From: Albugo candida
Taxonomy: Eukaryota
Direction: 5' to 3'
Length of the DNA stretch: 64,000 bases
Assembly (NCBI GenBank): GCA_040437565.1
Contig: JBDOQK010000084.1
Span: 1-64,000, forward strand
Shown: piece after piece, positions 12,310 to 25,159 of the stretch
Numbering within the stretch: position 1 is the first letter of the stretch
Layout: the number at the start of each line of letters is the position of its first letter
The notes under the pieces: generated by a model
Database searches by the model: none
Told to the model about the DNA's origin: nothing
Seen by the model: only the letters and a program-made list of their open reading frames with translations
Program-made: the position numbers and the translations under genes

Positions 12310-14240
12310 ATGCTCCCTCCCCAAGAGGTCGAATATGGTAGCCGGAAGAACTGCTTTTCAAAGTACAGAAATGGGCTCTTGGCCAGAGATACGCAGTGAC
12401 TATCAAACGGTCAGTAACCGGTTAAAATTCATACTTGGAATGTGACCGTTGTGGCGCGCACCTGCCTCAAGTACCAAATGGAAGCGACAGACAACATCTC
12501 GGCGAATTGAATGCTCCTTTCGCTTCTCTGCCACTTTTTCAAAAAAAATGAAATGAAAGTTAAAGACGATACGCATCGAGCACAATCATGATGCTGTATT
12601 CATCCCTTCGGGCATTCAACCTATAGAATCTCACCGATGAACAGGCAGAAGAGATGAAAAAAATGACAAATGCGGGTGTCAAACCGACTGCAATTTTGTC
12701 AACGCTAAGGATGACGGAAAAAAACACCTTCGCAAACATGCGCACTTTGTACAACGCAAGAGTCAAAGTTCGAAGCAACCAACTCGCGGAGAGAACTCAC
12801 CTAGAAACTCTTTTTGATGATTTTCGAGAGAGTGACTTTGTGCACCATATCGAAGAAAATGAAGGCTGAAACATCACTGGCCTATTTTTGCGCATTCGGA
12901 CAGCGTGAAGCTGGCGAATCGCTACAATCACGTCGTTGTGGAGGACTGCACGTTTAGAACGAACCGTTACCGAGTCAATCTTCTTTACATCATCGGAATG
13001 ACCCCGTTCAACACGACGCTCACCGTAGGTTTCTGCTTTCTGGATGGGGAGAAAGTGGAGAAAAATGCATGGGCAATGTCGAAAGTGTCAACAGTGTGAA
13101 AAAATGGATCTGCGCCACAAGTAATCGTCACGGACCGGGAAGTGGCCCTAATGGCAGCCATCGCACACGTTTTCCCATCGTCCTCGAATCTGCTCTGCAT
13201 TTGGCATATCAATAAAAAAATCGTTGCAAATTGCAAGAAGCATTATACAGCCCAAAAAACTTTCGACGAGTTTCTGCAAATGTGGACCGTCCTGGTGTCT
13301 TCTCGGACGGCGGAAGCATATGTTGAGCAGCTTCCGAAGTTTTGAGACAGTCTCTCGGAGAAGTCAGGAGTTTTCGAGTACGTTACGATGACTTGGCTCG
13401 TCTACAAAGAACAATTGGTAAACGCGTGGACTTCATGGAATCCCAGATTTTGGAAACAAGGCGTATCCACGGGTAGAGGGAGCCCACGCGTACATAAAGA
13501 AGTTCCTACAAGTCTCGACATGAGACTTATTATGGGTGTTCAAGAAGCTGGTAATTGGGCTTAATTACCAGATCAAAGCAGAGGAAAATCGGAGAAGCGA
13601 GGAGAAGATGCATCATTTTCTGGACATTCCATTAATATTCGCATCGGTATCCGGCGAAATTTTCTTTGTTCGCGTTGAAAAAATGTCTTGGACAAAATGG
13701 AAAAATCGAGCAGGAACTTCGTTCGTGCACCGGATACTTTTCATCGGCAATGGAGATTCCTTGCGCACATGAACTCGTGGCCATCATTAAGAATCGGAAT
13801 ACATTGACCGATTTCATCATCCACCCGCAATGGGACCTGGAATGGAGCTCAACAGGTGTAAGAGCCGTGAATCTTGTAGAATGCAATCTTTTCTGGTTCA
13901 CTAACTTGTTATGAGCAAATCAATCAGGCAAAGGGGAAGATTTTTGAAGATTAATGGGAATTGATTTGGGCGCGGGTTGACTTCCTCCCGGCAACCGAAC
14001 AAGAGAAGGCGATTACGAATGTCGAAGAGTTAGTCGATGACCAGAGCACTGTTGTCTAGTTCAAACCGCCGTTTTTGAACCCACAATCCGCGGAAGGTCA
14101 GTTGGCGCAAAAAATCTCCCAAAGAATAGTACGAAGCGAGACGCATCCTGATTCGAACACAAGGAAGGTCACATTGGAAAACGCAGATGTGCGGAATGGC
14201 GATTAATGGGCCACAACAGATGTAGTTGCCATTCGGACGA
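12310..14240 (+). pseudogene. MULE transposase (FAR1/FHY3-like), disrupted
   Basis: Motifs in order: YAVTIKRS..SRRIEC.F..HNH (FAR1 DNA-binding region), DCTFRTNRY, GFCFL, IVTDREVALM, LLCIWHINK (DDE core with CxxH), CTGYF...IPCAH (SWIM-like) and a C-terminal zinc-knuckle remnant at ~14180-14230. Stops and frameshifts are present. Confidence 0.93.
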
Positions 14241-14316
14241 TTCTCTCGGTGGGCAGCATCACGTAACGGCACACCATAATTGAAAGCACAACTTTTGAAT
14301 TTTTTCTCTAGTGTAC

Positions 14317-17300
14317 AAGTGATATCACACTGCACCACACGAAGAGTAAATTTAACGCCACATTCCTATGACCTCCAACATTCTTCTATCTTTCGACGAA
14401 CTCTCAGCCACTCAACCCAGCACTCAGCCTGGTCATACCAGTCCTCAAACCTTCTCCAACGTTCTCAACCACTCGTCTCGCTTCCCAGTCCGGTTTCGAA
14501 CCTTCTACAGTGTTCTACAGCTCGCGAAGTCCGCTAGAGCTTTAACAACCTATGCGAAATCCGCTATAGTACGTTGCCAGTCTTCTCAATACCGCACTCA
14601 CTCCTCTTATTGGTGGAACGCATCTTCGCGTTACCTTATTGGCGAAACTGTTTGTCACAACTTATCCGCAGTTATAATAACTCCAGCAAAAACGCCCCCT
14701 TCAAACGTCGATCTTACATGGCGAAACAAACTCCGCCATGATCAACCCCATAGGCTTTGTTATCAATTCAGCGATAGAAGATGCGGTGGAATCGAACGCC
14801 CCTGCATCCACTTTCCGAATGCTGGCATAACGAGAAGTTCAGAAGTCTCGTATCGACTCTTGCGAGAAGATTGAGATGTTCATTCCGCCGCCGCGCCTTA
14901 CGGCAACATTTCGCCTTGACGAAATTCTCTTTTCACTGCATCAAGAAGACGAAACAGCCGCATGGACAATGGCGTTCGCCTCACTCAGCGATTTTCTGAG
15001 CATACAGAATGGAGTCCTCAAGTTCCATTGTCACGACAAAGCGGTGGCTCGAAAACTTGGCGGCACTGCGGTTAGATGCATGGGCAAGCAGTTCCTCGTG
15101 CAACCATACCGTCGTTATGGCGACTGGTAATTTGTCGAACTCAACAAGGTACTCATGGGTCTTTCCGATAACGCGATTGCGGGCTACTTCAAGCCCATGG
15201 GTATACCTTTTTTTGCTTACTCCCAGCACCAAACCGGACTTATCGACTCCAGGGACAGAGTCGTTTGGTTTTGGTCCAAAACAGCCCCGATCCAGTTATT
15301 TTTTTAGGACCGTAAATCTCTTCGGGAGATCTATTTTCCTGGTTTTTCGGATCCAGTCTATGTTCAACACACACAACGGGTGTACAACAAAGTTACGCCG
15401 CCTTCGATCGGGGCAAAGAAGGCAGCGACGGAAGCAGCAAAAGGGTTCCAACCGTCAAAGAACACCATTCGTCATATCGAACTCAGCCAGTCACGACCCG
15501 CGACAGGCATCATTCCCGCGCCCGAAGCACTCTTGGCGTGCCCCACTGCCAAAGATTCCTTCTCTACGTGGTCTCAGGTATCGAAACAGATCAACTGCAG
15601 AGCACCACCACCACTACATCAGGGAAAAGTAGTGGATATTGTGGCATGTACTGAAGAAGAGAAAGCCTTCTTCGAGCTTCATATTACGCGTACCGGTTAT
15701 CAATTAGCTTTCTCGCCTTTGGAAGACGACGAAAGCCACGATATCACCTGTGCGATGACGGTTGAAGATTCTTGCGTTGTTTGTAGCAACCCACTCTATC
15801 CCAGAGACCCTGTTGCTCGTATGCTGGAAGAGCAGTGTCTCCATACGGATCCCCGGAAACCTCTCAACAAAGCCCACCGACGAAGCCATATTGCGGCAAC
15901 TCAAGTGGCCTTTACGGAGCTCAAAGATCCGGAAACCCGTTTGGCGGCCATTGCATCCTACCATTATCTTGCCAGTATTTCGGACTCCCTCTGTCGCCCA
16001 ACATATCATTGTTCCTGAACATTCCATTTGAGGAATATCAGTTTTGGTTCTAGTGAACATTTTGGTGATTCTTCGAGCTTGGTTTCTCGCATCAATCATC
16101 ATTATGGCGATACTATTCCGACCCAGGCCGCGCTATTTGCGGAACTTTTCGCAGGGTACGAAGCCCAGACGTTAGCCTTGGATTTGGCTGCATTCGATTT
16201 ATACCTCCGAGCTTATGGATCCACCCTTTATATGGACCCAGTAAGTGTAGCTGCACCCATCAACGATGATCAGCCCACCCGCTTATCTCAAACATAGCCA
16301 CTTTCTCCTTTGGAATGATCGTGTACTCATGACTCTTGCAACGGGTCTGAGTAGTTATCTCCTTTCCACGGCTCCCAAGTACATTAAGGATGCTAGTAGT
16401 CTTCTGAGCTACACACTTTTTTGCTCGGACAATCTTATGGAGAAATCAGGCATGAACTCCACAATTGCTGGACCTCAGCGATGCTACCGACTTAGGCGGC
16501 CGCACAACCATAGATCCCACTCGACTCTAAGCAGCCTTGGACTTTCCACAGCCCTTCCCTCAATGTGAATGATCTGAATCAAGTCAACCCAGCCTTTTAC
16601 TGACAAGTTGTCCATACTCATCAACTTATCGCGCTTCAAGAAACGCGGTTATTCTGTGCCCATCAGCAACGACGAAACTTGTATTTCATCAGTACCGTGG
16701 AGTCCGCCGTAAAGTCATTTTGTTCTCCGTTGGATGTTACCAATGGTGTTGGACGTGGTGGTGTGGGATTAGTCTTCCCGTCCAATCACCTCTTCGGCTT
16801 CATGATCAATATCAAATCCAGACATATCACGAGCGCGTATCAAAGCAGCTACATGATTATCGAAACTTCCTTGGAACAGCAACACGTGTGGACTATGTGA
16901 TATATGCACCTGCTCAGCTTGCCGCAAGACAAACGTCTCCGAATCTCTCCCTACTGCCTTCCCGGAAGGTATTCAGCATATCGTCTTAAGGGATTTCAAC
17001 GTTCCCATTCACTCTTCCCTGGATTCTGGAAAATCACAACACAAGTGTCCGACTTCCGCTTTAATACAGCGATGGATTCTTTACTTTGGACAAGTCGATC
17101 ACTATGCATCGACTTGTCCCACGACACAAGATTTACGGGACTTGATCGCCGTAATCGTATCGATTACAACTTCCTATCGCCGGATCTCTTCTCGCAGAAC
17201 TTGGTTCGGGTCAAGCACAACTTACCGATCAATACCATCACGCCGATCAATTTCCACTCACTTTTCAACTACGGCATGCCGCTTATACGAGTTGTACTCG

Positions 17301-20300
17301 CCTTCCTTGTAAATGCCCACATGGCTATTGCGGAATCACTGAGTAGAAGCAGCATTACATTCCAACTTAGCGGTCTTTTTGGAGCGAATCAGTACTGGCG
17401 CAGAAGATAATCTCGGGGCCTTGTTCGACGAACACAAGAGGACCGACTTACTGTACCTTCGCCGTCCATTCCGAATTATCAAGGATCGCAAGAAGCAACG
17501 CCTCGTCAAGATACTCATGACGCTGCTCAACTTGCCACTACCGACCCTACGCCGCTCAATACGGAAGAAGCACGAAGCCTCAAAGCCACTATTCATGATG
17601 AAGAAACACGCCGGAGAACACTAGGGCCCTGGCATCACATCGACCCCAGTATCCGTTTCAGCGAAAAGGCCACCAAAGCTTTTCTTCACCCACCTGCACC
17701 CATCTTACGACAAGTTGGCATCCCTCGACACAACGACCTGATGGATCCGAGGCTACCGATCCTGATGAAATGGCTACAATTCATCGGGACTATTCAGCTC
17801 AGATATTTCAATGCACTTCCAACGAAGACTTTTCCAGTGTTCGCTTTCGCCAACATGATCCGATCGATCTTCACTCCGTTTTTCGACATACCACCCCGAA
17901 ACTTACGGATCAAGATAGAGCCTACCTTGACACACCGTTCACAGCAAACGACTTTTACTGTGCAATCACGACATCAGTCCGCAGCAAAGCTCCTGGTTAG
18001 GATGGCCTTCCAGAGGAATACTATCAACTTTTCATCTCGACTTGGGCAATCGTCTTCGAGTTAGATAACTCCGCACAACTTTCGAAAATACGCCTCACCA
18101 CGTTTCAATGACAAGCAACGTTTACTCTCCTCTACAAGAAGGGTGACCGCAACATACCAACCAACTACTGAACCATCACCTTACTCAACCATGACGCAAA
18201 GCTCGGTCCGAAGATCCTCGCCTTTCGCCTTCGCAAAGTCCTACCGAAGCTACTACACACCGATCAAAGTGGTTTTGTTCAAGGCAGACCGATTCGGCAT
18301 GCATTAGTGCCGTTCCAAGACATCCAACAACTTTTCCGGATTCGGTTTCCGATGCTGGCGCCATCTTATTGGACTTCTCCAAGGCGTTTGATAGTGTGTT
18401 GTGGCCTGCCCTTCACAGTATTTTACACCATTTTGATTTTGGAGCGACTTCCGTTCATGCATCAAGACCTTCTACAAAGATGACCTTATTGCTATCATGG
18501 TAAATGGTTGCGCGAGCAATTTTTTTTAACTTGGTAGCGGAGTACGCCAACGTGATCGCCTTTCACCATCGCTCTTTATTGGATTATCTCAGCGCAACGA
18601 CAGGACATCTTGGCATTCCGATACCAGGATCATCAATGACTCAACACCTTTCGGTGTTCGCGGACGATTGTACCGGCATGCTGAGAGACCTCCGTGACAC
18701 GCCCAAATTTATTGCCCAAGTCAAACATTACGCAATGTTTGACGGTCTCCAATTGAATACGTCCAAGACTCAAATACTTGGTTTCCGCCCTCCTTCATCG
18801 GCCTTAATCGATTCTTTGCATTGCTTCCCAAACCGTTTTTTTCGGTTAAAGCTCAAGTAACCTTCCTTGGGGTGGAACAGTACCAAGACTTCAACACACA
18901 ACGACGATTCCTTCCCCTTCTCTCGAAGCTTCAAGCAAGATTAGTTGCCTCGCGCTTTCGAGTCAGGACATTACATGGACGCGCGATTATTCTTCGGACT
19001 ATCGTTCTTCCCCTCTTATGGTACTCTACAGCAGTTACTCCTCTACCGCCTTCGGTGATCGACTCGGTATGGAGGTTATGCAAAGTGTTTCTTTTTCAAA
19101 GACCACTCGACCTCAGTAGTGCAATCATTCGGCCAATTCATTCCAACTGGATTACCTTGCCGACTTCCAAAGGCGGCTTCGGACTTCCCTGCATACAGAG
19201 CTTATCTCGAACAATGCATCTCTGCCTACTACCGGATGGTATTAAGGGTAGTGCGCCATGTCAAGAGCCTTCATGATTTCTACCAGCACTCGAACTTATG
19301 TCTCACGCCCTTCAAGGTACAGGTGTGGGTTTGGATATCCTTTACTCTTCCATTCATCTTTCCAGTATTCGTCAATCTCGATGGTCTTGACTTGGTTACC
19401 TTTGGTATGGGACATTCCAACAATGGTATCGCCTACTACGGGGTCCTTCGAACACGACCACACATCGATCCGACAAATTACAGGCACCTATATAGGGCCT
19501 TATTATCGGCGGGTATTTGAAAGCGCACAAATACCCTTGGAATATGCCAGCATCCACGCCAAGTTGTTATACCAGCAAGGATACCAGCATCTTTCCGATT
19601 CATATGCCGCCATGGTACATTGCCTACTCACAACGTCCTGAGGGAGCATTGCGGCGATCAGTGTTTCCGCGTTTTTTCGGGATTATACTGCGACTGTCAA
19701 CCTTTTCATGACACATATCGAGAAACCAGCAGCACTATCACCACGACCTATGAACCCATATTGCCTCAACATATCGCCGCGGCCTTTAAACCTTGGTCGT
19801 TCATGGACACAACTTTCGTCAAACTGAGCAATCAACGACTCTACCATCTCCCAAGGATAGAGGTATCGCCCGATAAGGCGTTGGAAGCTCAATCTCCTAC
19901 TCATTGGAACGCTATGCTGGAAGCGCAAAAGGATCTTAAACCAGGATGTGCTTCCGTTTTCGCTGACCCCAAGTTACGATTACAACACAATGGATCACGT
20001 CTTCGCTTCAAATATCGCTACCATACCTCCGATATCTTGTGCTATCATGGTTGTGATTCACCGGAAACAGCAAGACATTTATTTTGGGAGTGTTCCTTAG
20101 CGACAAAGCTTTAGTCCTTCTCTCAATGCAAAATCTTCTCGTTCATCGATGGACCACTCCCATTGGATACTGTTGTTTATGGCTCCAACTTAGTACTTTC
20201 AACACCAGTTTCTCAGCGATATGATTCCCACAATATCCTTCGCGTACTCAACGTCTTTCGCTGCGTCATTCTCCGAACTTTATGGCTTATCCGCAATGAC

Positions 20301-20612
20301 GCTATTTTCAAGCATCAAGTCGCGTGTCCTACCCAACTCTACATTATGGCAAGGTGCTACCTTATCGCCCACATTCGTCGACTCAAACAAATTTCGTCCT
20401 CCAATAATGGGCTTATGGCTGTAAGTGATTATTGCCTAGCACCTCTCTTACCGATGCACTTCCCAGCGATGGTTTCCCACCACTTCGCGCTGCCAGTAAA
20501 GACTTCGTCAAACTAAACTTCACCAATACTAGATTCGCCACTCTTGCTTCCACCGACTTTTGTTTTACCCGTTTGGTTCAATCAACGTTGGAGTAACCTG
20601 GTAAGGAGTGCA
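14317..20612 (+). mobile_element. Near full-length degenerate LINE (L1/Tx1-like) retrotransposon inserted in the MULE
   Basis: An ORF1-like region starts at 14368. Endonuclease motifs NVN and IALQETR are at ~16560-16650. RT motifs are KAPG*DGLPEEYY, LLYKKGD, QSGFVQGR, LLDFSKAF, GVRQ and VFADD (~18655). A zf-RVT motif CYHGCDSPETARHLFWEC is at ~20040-20095. The flanking 9-bp direct repeat CTAGTGTAC (14308-14316 / 20613-20621) is a candidate TSD. Confidence 0.92.
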
Positions 20613-23600
20613 CTAGTGTACTACTTTTGTCATAGGCGTCCGGATGGGTGTCATAATAGTCCCTGGACTTGAAAAATTCTGGTGTTAGGGCTTCCGAAGT
20701 TACGCGCATAACGGTAGGTTGTTGCACCAATAGTGTTAGTTATCTTTAAAAAGTGTAATGAAATTTGACAAACCATAATTGAATGCATAATTATGTTTCT
20801 CACGTGACATAAAAAGGAGGGAATATAAGAATTCCCTGTATAAATAAAAGTATACATAGTATATTATTGTGTGTCATGTGACGTAAAAAAAGTGTGAAGG
20901 GAGTGAATTTAACCATCACCCGAATAAAATAAAAAGTATACATAGTATAATTATGTGTGCCACCAGAATGTAAAAGTGAGTCAATTTAACCAAAAAGGGA
21001 GTGAATATAACAATTCGCAAAGTTTTATTTAATTTTCAAACACAATAAGTTGTGGGAGTAATTATATAACAATGCATGACGTAGTTAAAAAATGTGGGAA
21101 TATCAAAACCCTATAATAATTATGGCTTGACGCATTTGTTCTAGATATATCAGATAATGAACATAGCACTCGAATTGTACCCATGGGTACATCAAGATTC
21201 AATTCGTCATAAATCATAAGGTTGAGTTTCTCTTGGACTCCGTGATACTCTAGATCTTCTTAGTAAAACGCCATATCACATTACGGCTCAGACGGCGACC
21301 ACGAATAGACGTTACGCATGTGAAGATGAACGCTGAAAAAGGAAAGTCCTCCTCACACGACTAAGCAAAACAGGTTCGAAGCAAAAGTGACATTAAACCG
21401 GTCAAAAGACGCATTTGAACGCACTATATAAAGAAGTACTTGATCAATGTTTTTGCAAATTTGGTCTAGTTACGCTGATGCAGAGTTGGTTCATTCAATC
21501 TAACAAAGTTACACTATCATGAATGCAAACGATGCGACACATCTATATTTGACCAATCGTTTCTGAGTGACGTGGCCGCATCTGACAAATACCTAATAGC
21601 TGTCTACAGCTGTGGCGTGGCGAGGGATCACAAAGTCGATGGACCTTTCAAATGCAGAATGATTTTGATTTGAAGTGTTCTAAGAGCTGCATCTGTGCGC
21701 ATGGTTCAATGAGATCTTGCGACCGCACAAATCATTTCTTGCTAGGATCCTTAATTATAGTCAACCTGTCGATCAAGGGAAAGGCCCTATTCTTGCAACG
21801 AATCTTTGTTATATACTGGGATACTCTCATGACAAGGCAGCAAATTCGTAGTGTAAACAGGCTTGGTAATAAACTTTGGAATCGATGTACGAGCAGGACG
21901 AAGCTGGCTAAATTGCAATATTCCTGTGCAGTAGCATCCATTGTATGAAATCCGATCAATGCACAGCGTACACTAGAGGTCTCGGGAAGTGATTAAATAC
22001 ACGTGATAATATACCATGCAGTTGGCAAATCCTGAAATACTTGGCGGTACAAATTGGTGAATTGGACAATAATACAATTCTCCCTTCTATTCAAACTTAA
22101 ACAGCACCCGTTTTTGCCTCTTTGATATAGATCAAAGGAAAAAGTACTTACTTGAAGTTTGGAAAAAAAAATTTCTCGTTCATTTCCCTTTATTCTCTGC
22201 CGAATGGTAAAATAGTCTTGTCATACTCGGAAGATTCCTTGCTGATAAAGTGCTGCTTCACAATCAGACCTATTGCATTTGAAACCAGCAAAAACAATAC
22301 AAATGAATCATCAAATCGGTAACGAGATACGTAAATAAAAGTTACCATTTCGTTGGGTATGATCCGTGTAATTCTACGCATCGAGACCGGATGCGTAAGG
22401 GTATTGGACCGTGCGGTTGGAGAAGCAAGATGTGTTGCTTCACATAAGCTTCAGGATATGCTGTACCGTAGAGGATATGTTTTCCTTTTACAATTTTTCC
22501 ACGTAACTGAACCGACTGAATATTTTCGAAGGCGATTCTAGTATTATTGCAAACCTAAATTCACAGACTTTTCTTATTTGTTTCGCACGGCAAACCCACT
22601 TGATGTTTGGCGAACTATGGTTTCGAAAATATGGATACAGTGTCGGTCGATCATTGCGAGGGATATCTTTATGCATGGGTCCTACAGCTTGCAATACTTT
22701 GTCCGCTCATCCCAGTCACCCGCTGATGCATGTCCGGAAATGTTATTGGTACTCAGGAGGAGCCAATTCTAATCGTGATCTGCTTGACGTAAATTCATTG
22801 GAAATTATGATAAGCCCTAACGAAAACTTTGGCTTTGGCAGTTGAACACTTTATTCACATATTTTGGCGCCTAAACTGGTTAAATTATGCGCGAAATGAC
22901 CATGGGATGTACTAACTCCGTTCATTACTTTACACAAGCTACTTGGTCGGAGTAGACTGGTTTCCACTGTTAACGAAGCTCCATGGTAATCCTTATCAGT
23001 ACCACACGATATCCAATAAAATTCGTCCTGACAGAAATTAACGGTATGGAAAATTGCGACCTTAACATCGGATCGGCCGCAAAAGCATTCATTTTGCACT
23101 TCACTTAACGTCCCTCTTGCCATTGACGATATTATCAAAATGTTGTTGTATGCAAAAGAGAGTCTGAAAAGAACTCTGGGCTTCATGTCTGATTCAGTAT
23201 GCTTTGCGTCGCCCAATTAATGCCTTGGTAAATATACCCCACTGTAAAGAGAAGGACAAATTGTGAAATATGTGTTTTATTCACTAGAACCAGCTTTTCG
23301 AATAAATGCATTGCAATATCGTCGCGACTCTGGTGACCAGACCTTCTTTCTGTAAATGACATGCATTAGCCACCTAATCCCAAAATTATCGTGATAATAT
23401 GTCGCAGTCGTGCGATATGCACATTTCATAGCAAACGAACACCATCTACAAGTAGCCAGGAAATGCAGCATTGTAAGCGATTCATAGTAGCTGGAGATAT
23501 AGGGTTACATCAGCTCAGTTAAGGGTGTTCGCCCGTAGTACTTTTATTTAGACACCTTTCTGTTACTACAGTTTGGTGGTTATCTACTCTATTCTAATCA

Positions 23601-23657
23601 CTAGTATGTAACGCTCTGAAGAGCCCGGTCCAACTCCTGTACAGTTATTTTCTGGTG

Positions 23658-23757
23658 NNNNNNNNNNNNNNNNNNNNNNNNNNNNNNNNNNNNNNNNNNN
23701 NNNNNNNNNNNNNNNNNNNNNNNNNNNNNNNNNNNNNNNNNNNNNNNNNNNNNNNNN
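23658..23757. other. Assembly gap (100 N)
   Basis: A run of exactly 100 N, which usually marks a gap of unknown size. Confidence 1.
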
Positions 23758-23912
23758 AGGTCGTTAGTTCGATCCCCGGTAGTGTGGGCAGCGGTTTGAG
23801 CCCACCCAAGCAATAAGCTTGGAAAATGTCTGCCTCCGTAGGTTTGAAGTCAGACTTAAGTGATATTCACACGGTCAGGGGCTCACGATAGGTAAGGAAG
23901 ATAGTTAAGGAA
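23758..23912 (+). mobile_element. tRNA-derived SINE, copy 1 (5' end hidden by the gap)
   Basis: It contains the B-box GTTCGATCC and a body nearly identical to the reverse complement of 41461-41618. Confidence 0.8.
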
Positions 23913-25024
23913 CCAGATGAACAGCGTAATGAAATGCTTGACAAAGTAGCTGCAGATATAAGACCGCATGATTATAATTGGTTTTGATTGATAAATTTCT
24001 TATAAAAATCGTATTATGTAATGGTGCGTGAATCCTGAGAAGAGAAATTTTCACATATGTGAATCCATTTGTGATATCTGTCACATCTGGCTTGCGTTGG
24101 ATGTCATTTTTCTTCTCCAATTATTGAATAAAGATGGCTTGAATTTCTGGCCGAGTTGTTACTGAAACGTATTGCTGAGAAGTATATCAAACAGTTCAAA
24201 TTCGCGATCAGTATTGCTGATACTCGTTCGACGGAGTAAGTACAAAGTTCAGATCAGTGGACTTTTAATCGCTTTCTCTACTTTGTGCTGTTCTTGATAT
24301 CTTTATCTTGCGTTAATAGATAGCTGCTTGTGTATAATAAAAATGTAAAAGGCTGCTTCATATAAAGAGCCTTATCCCAACCCTTCGCTGCCTCGAAGCC
24401 TAAAACTATGAAGCTTTGGCACTTCTACCATCCTTAATCATGCTAGTAATGATGGATTCGTCTCTTTAAAACGTATTTCTACCACCAGATGATTGGCTTC
24501 TTTTGCACCGTTCTGCTTTCTTAGATGACTATATAAAATGATACGTTCATGCGATCTATGCGCTCAATGCAGGAAATCAGCTCGACTCCTAAAACGCTAC
24601 TCATTCATTCATATTGAGTCATAGTTTGGCAAAGCTATCACTGCAATTTCCGTAATTCAGCCGTCTACTTCCTAAATTTGTATCTAGACAAAAAAAAAGC
24701 GCGTGATGATCAAAACGCAAAGGTTAATCGATCCCATTGTGGTTTCAACTCTGTTAAAAAAATCTTATTTTTTAAAAGTTAGATGGGCCTGACAATGGAT
24801 GTGCACTCCTGGTTCGGCGCCCCATTGATAGGATAATTACATGCACAAAATATGTATTGTTCTGGGTTCATCTCTCTTTCATTAGACACTTTGTTATTAG
24901 GTATGTGCTTACCATTTATTTCAAGGGGCCTGGCCATCTTACTCATTTGTTAAGAGTAACAAGGAGATAGGGTTCGCGAAATGAGCTTTCAGAAACAAAA
25001 TTGATACGCGTCGTTATTGCTGAG

Positions 25025-25159
25025 TTTGTAATTGTTGGTAACTTGCACAGGGAGAATTCTGCGCAGGGGTAGTAAAAATGAAAAGTAGTATTAACCTTAA
25101 ATCCTACACATGTAATTAGCTAGGAAGTTCAACCGTACATAGGAGCTTCATCATCAACA
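25025..25159 (-). repeat. Copia 3' LTR (~135 bp)
   Basis: Direct repeat of 29251-29385, bounded by the terminal CAACA on the + strand and adjacent to the PPT. Confidence 0.92.

Larger units (their letters stand above)
11195..21018 (+). mobile_element. Mutator-like (MULE) DNA transposon complex with nested insertions
   Basis: An outer inverted-repeat pair (~11195-11290 / ~20926-21018) and an inner pair (~11889-11972 / ~20760-20836) enclose a MULE transposase pseudogene and a LINE. No TSD was recognised. Confidence 0.75.

Noticed and set aside
20598-20612. GGTAAGGA shared between the LINE 3' end and the SINE tail, suggesting a LINE-SINE partnership
   Set aside because: An 8-mer is too short, and it is not identical in the second SINE copy.
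21450-23500. Short Cys-rich ORFs on both strands as a further secreted-protein pseudogene
   Set aside because: No consistent frame, signal peptide or recognisable homology; left unannotated.
23601-23813. 70-aa ORF in the ORF track
   Set aside because: Artefact of translating through the N gap.
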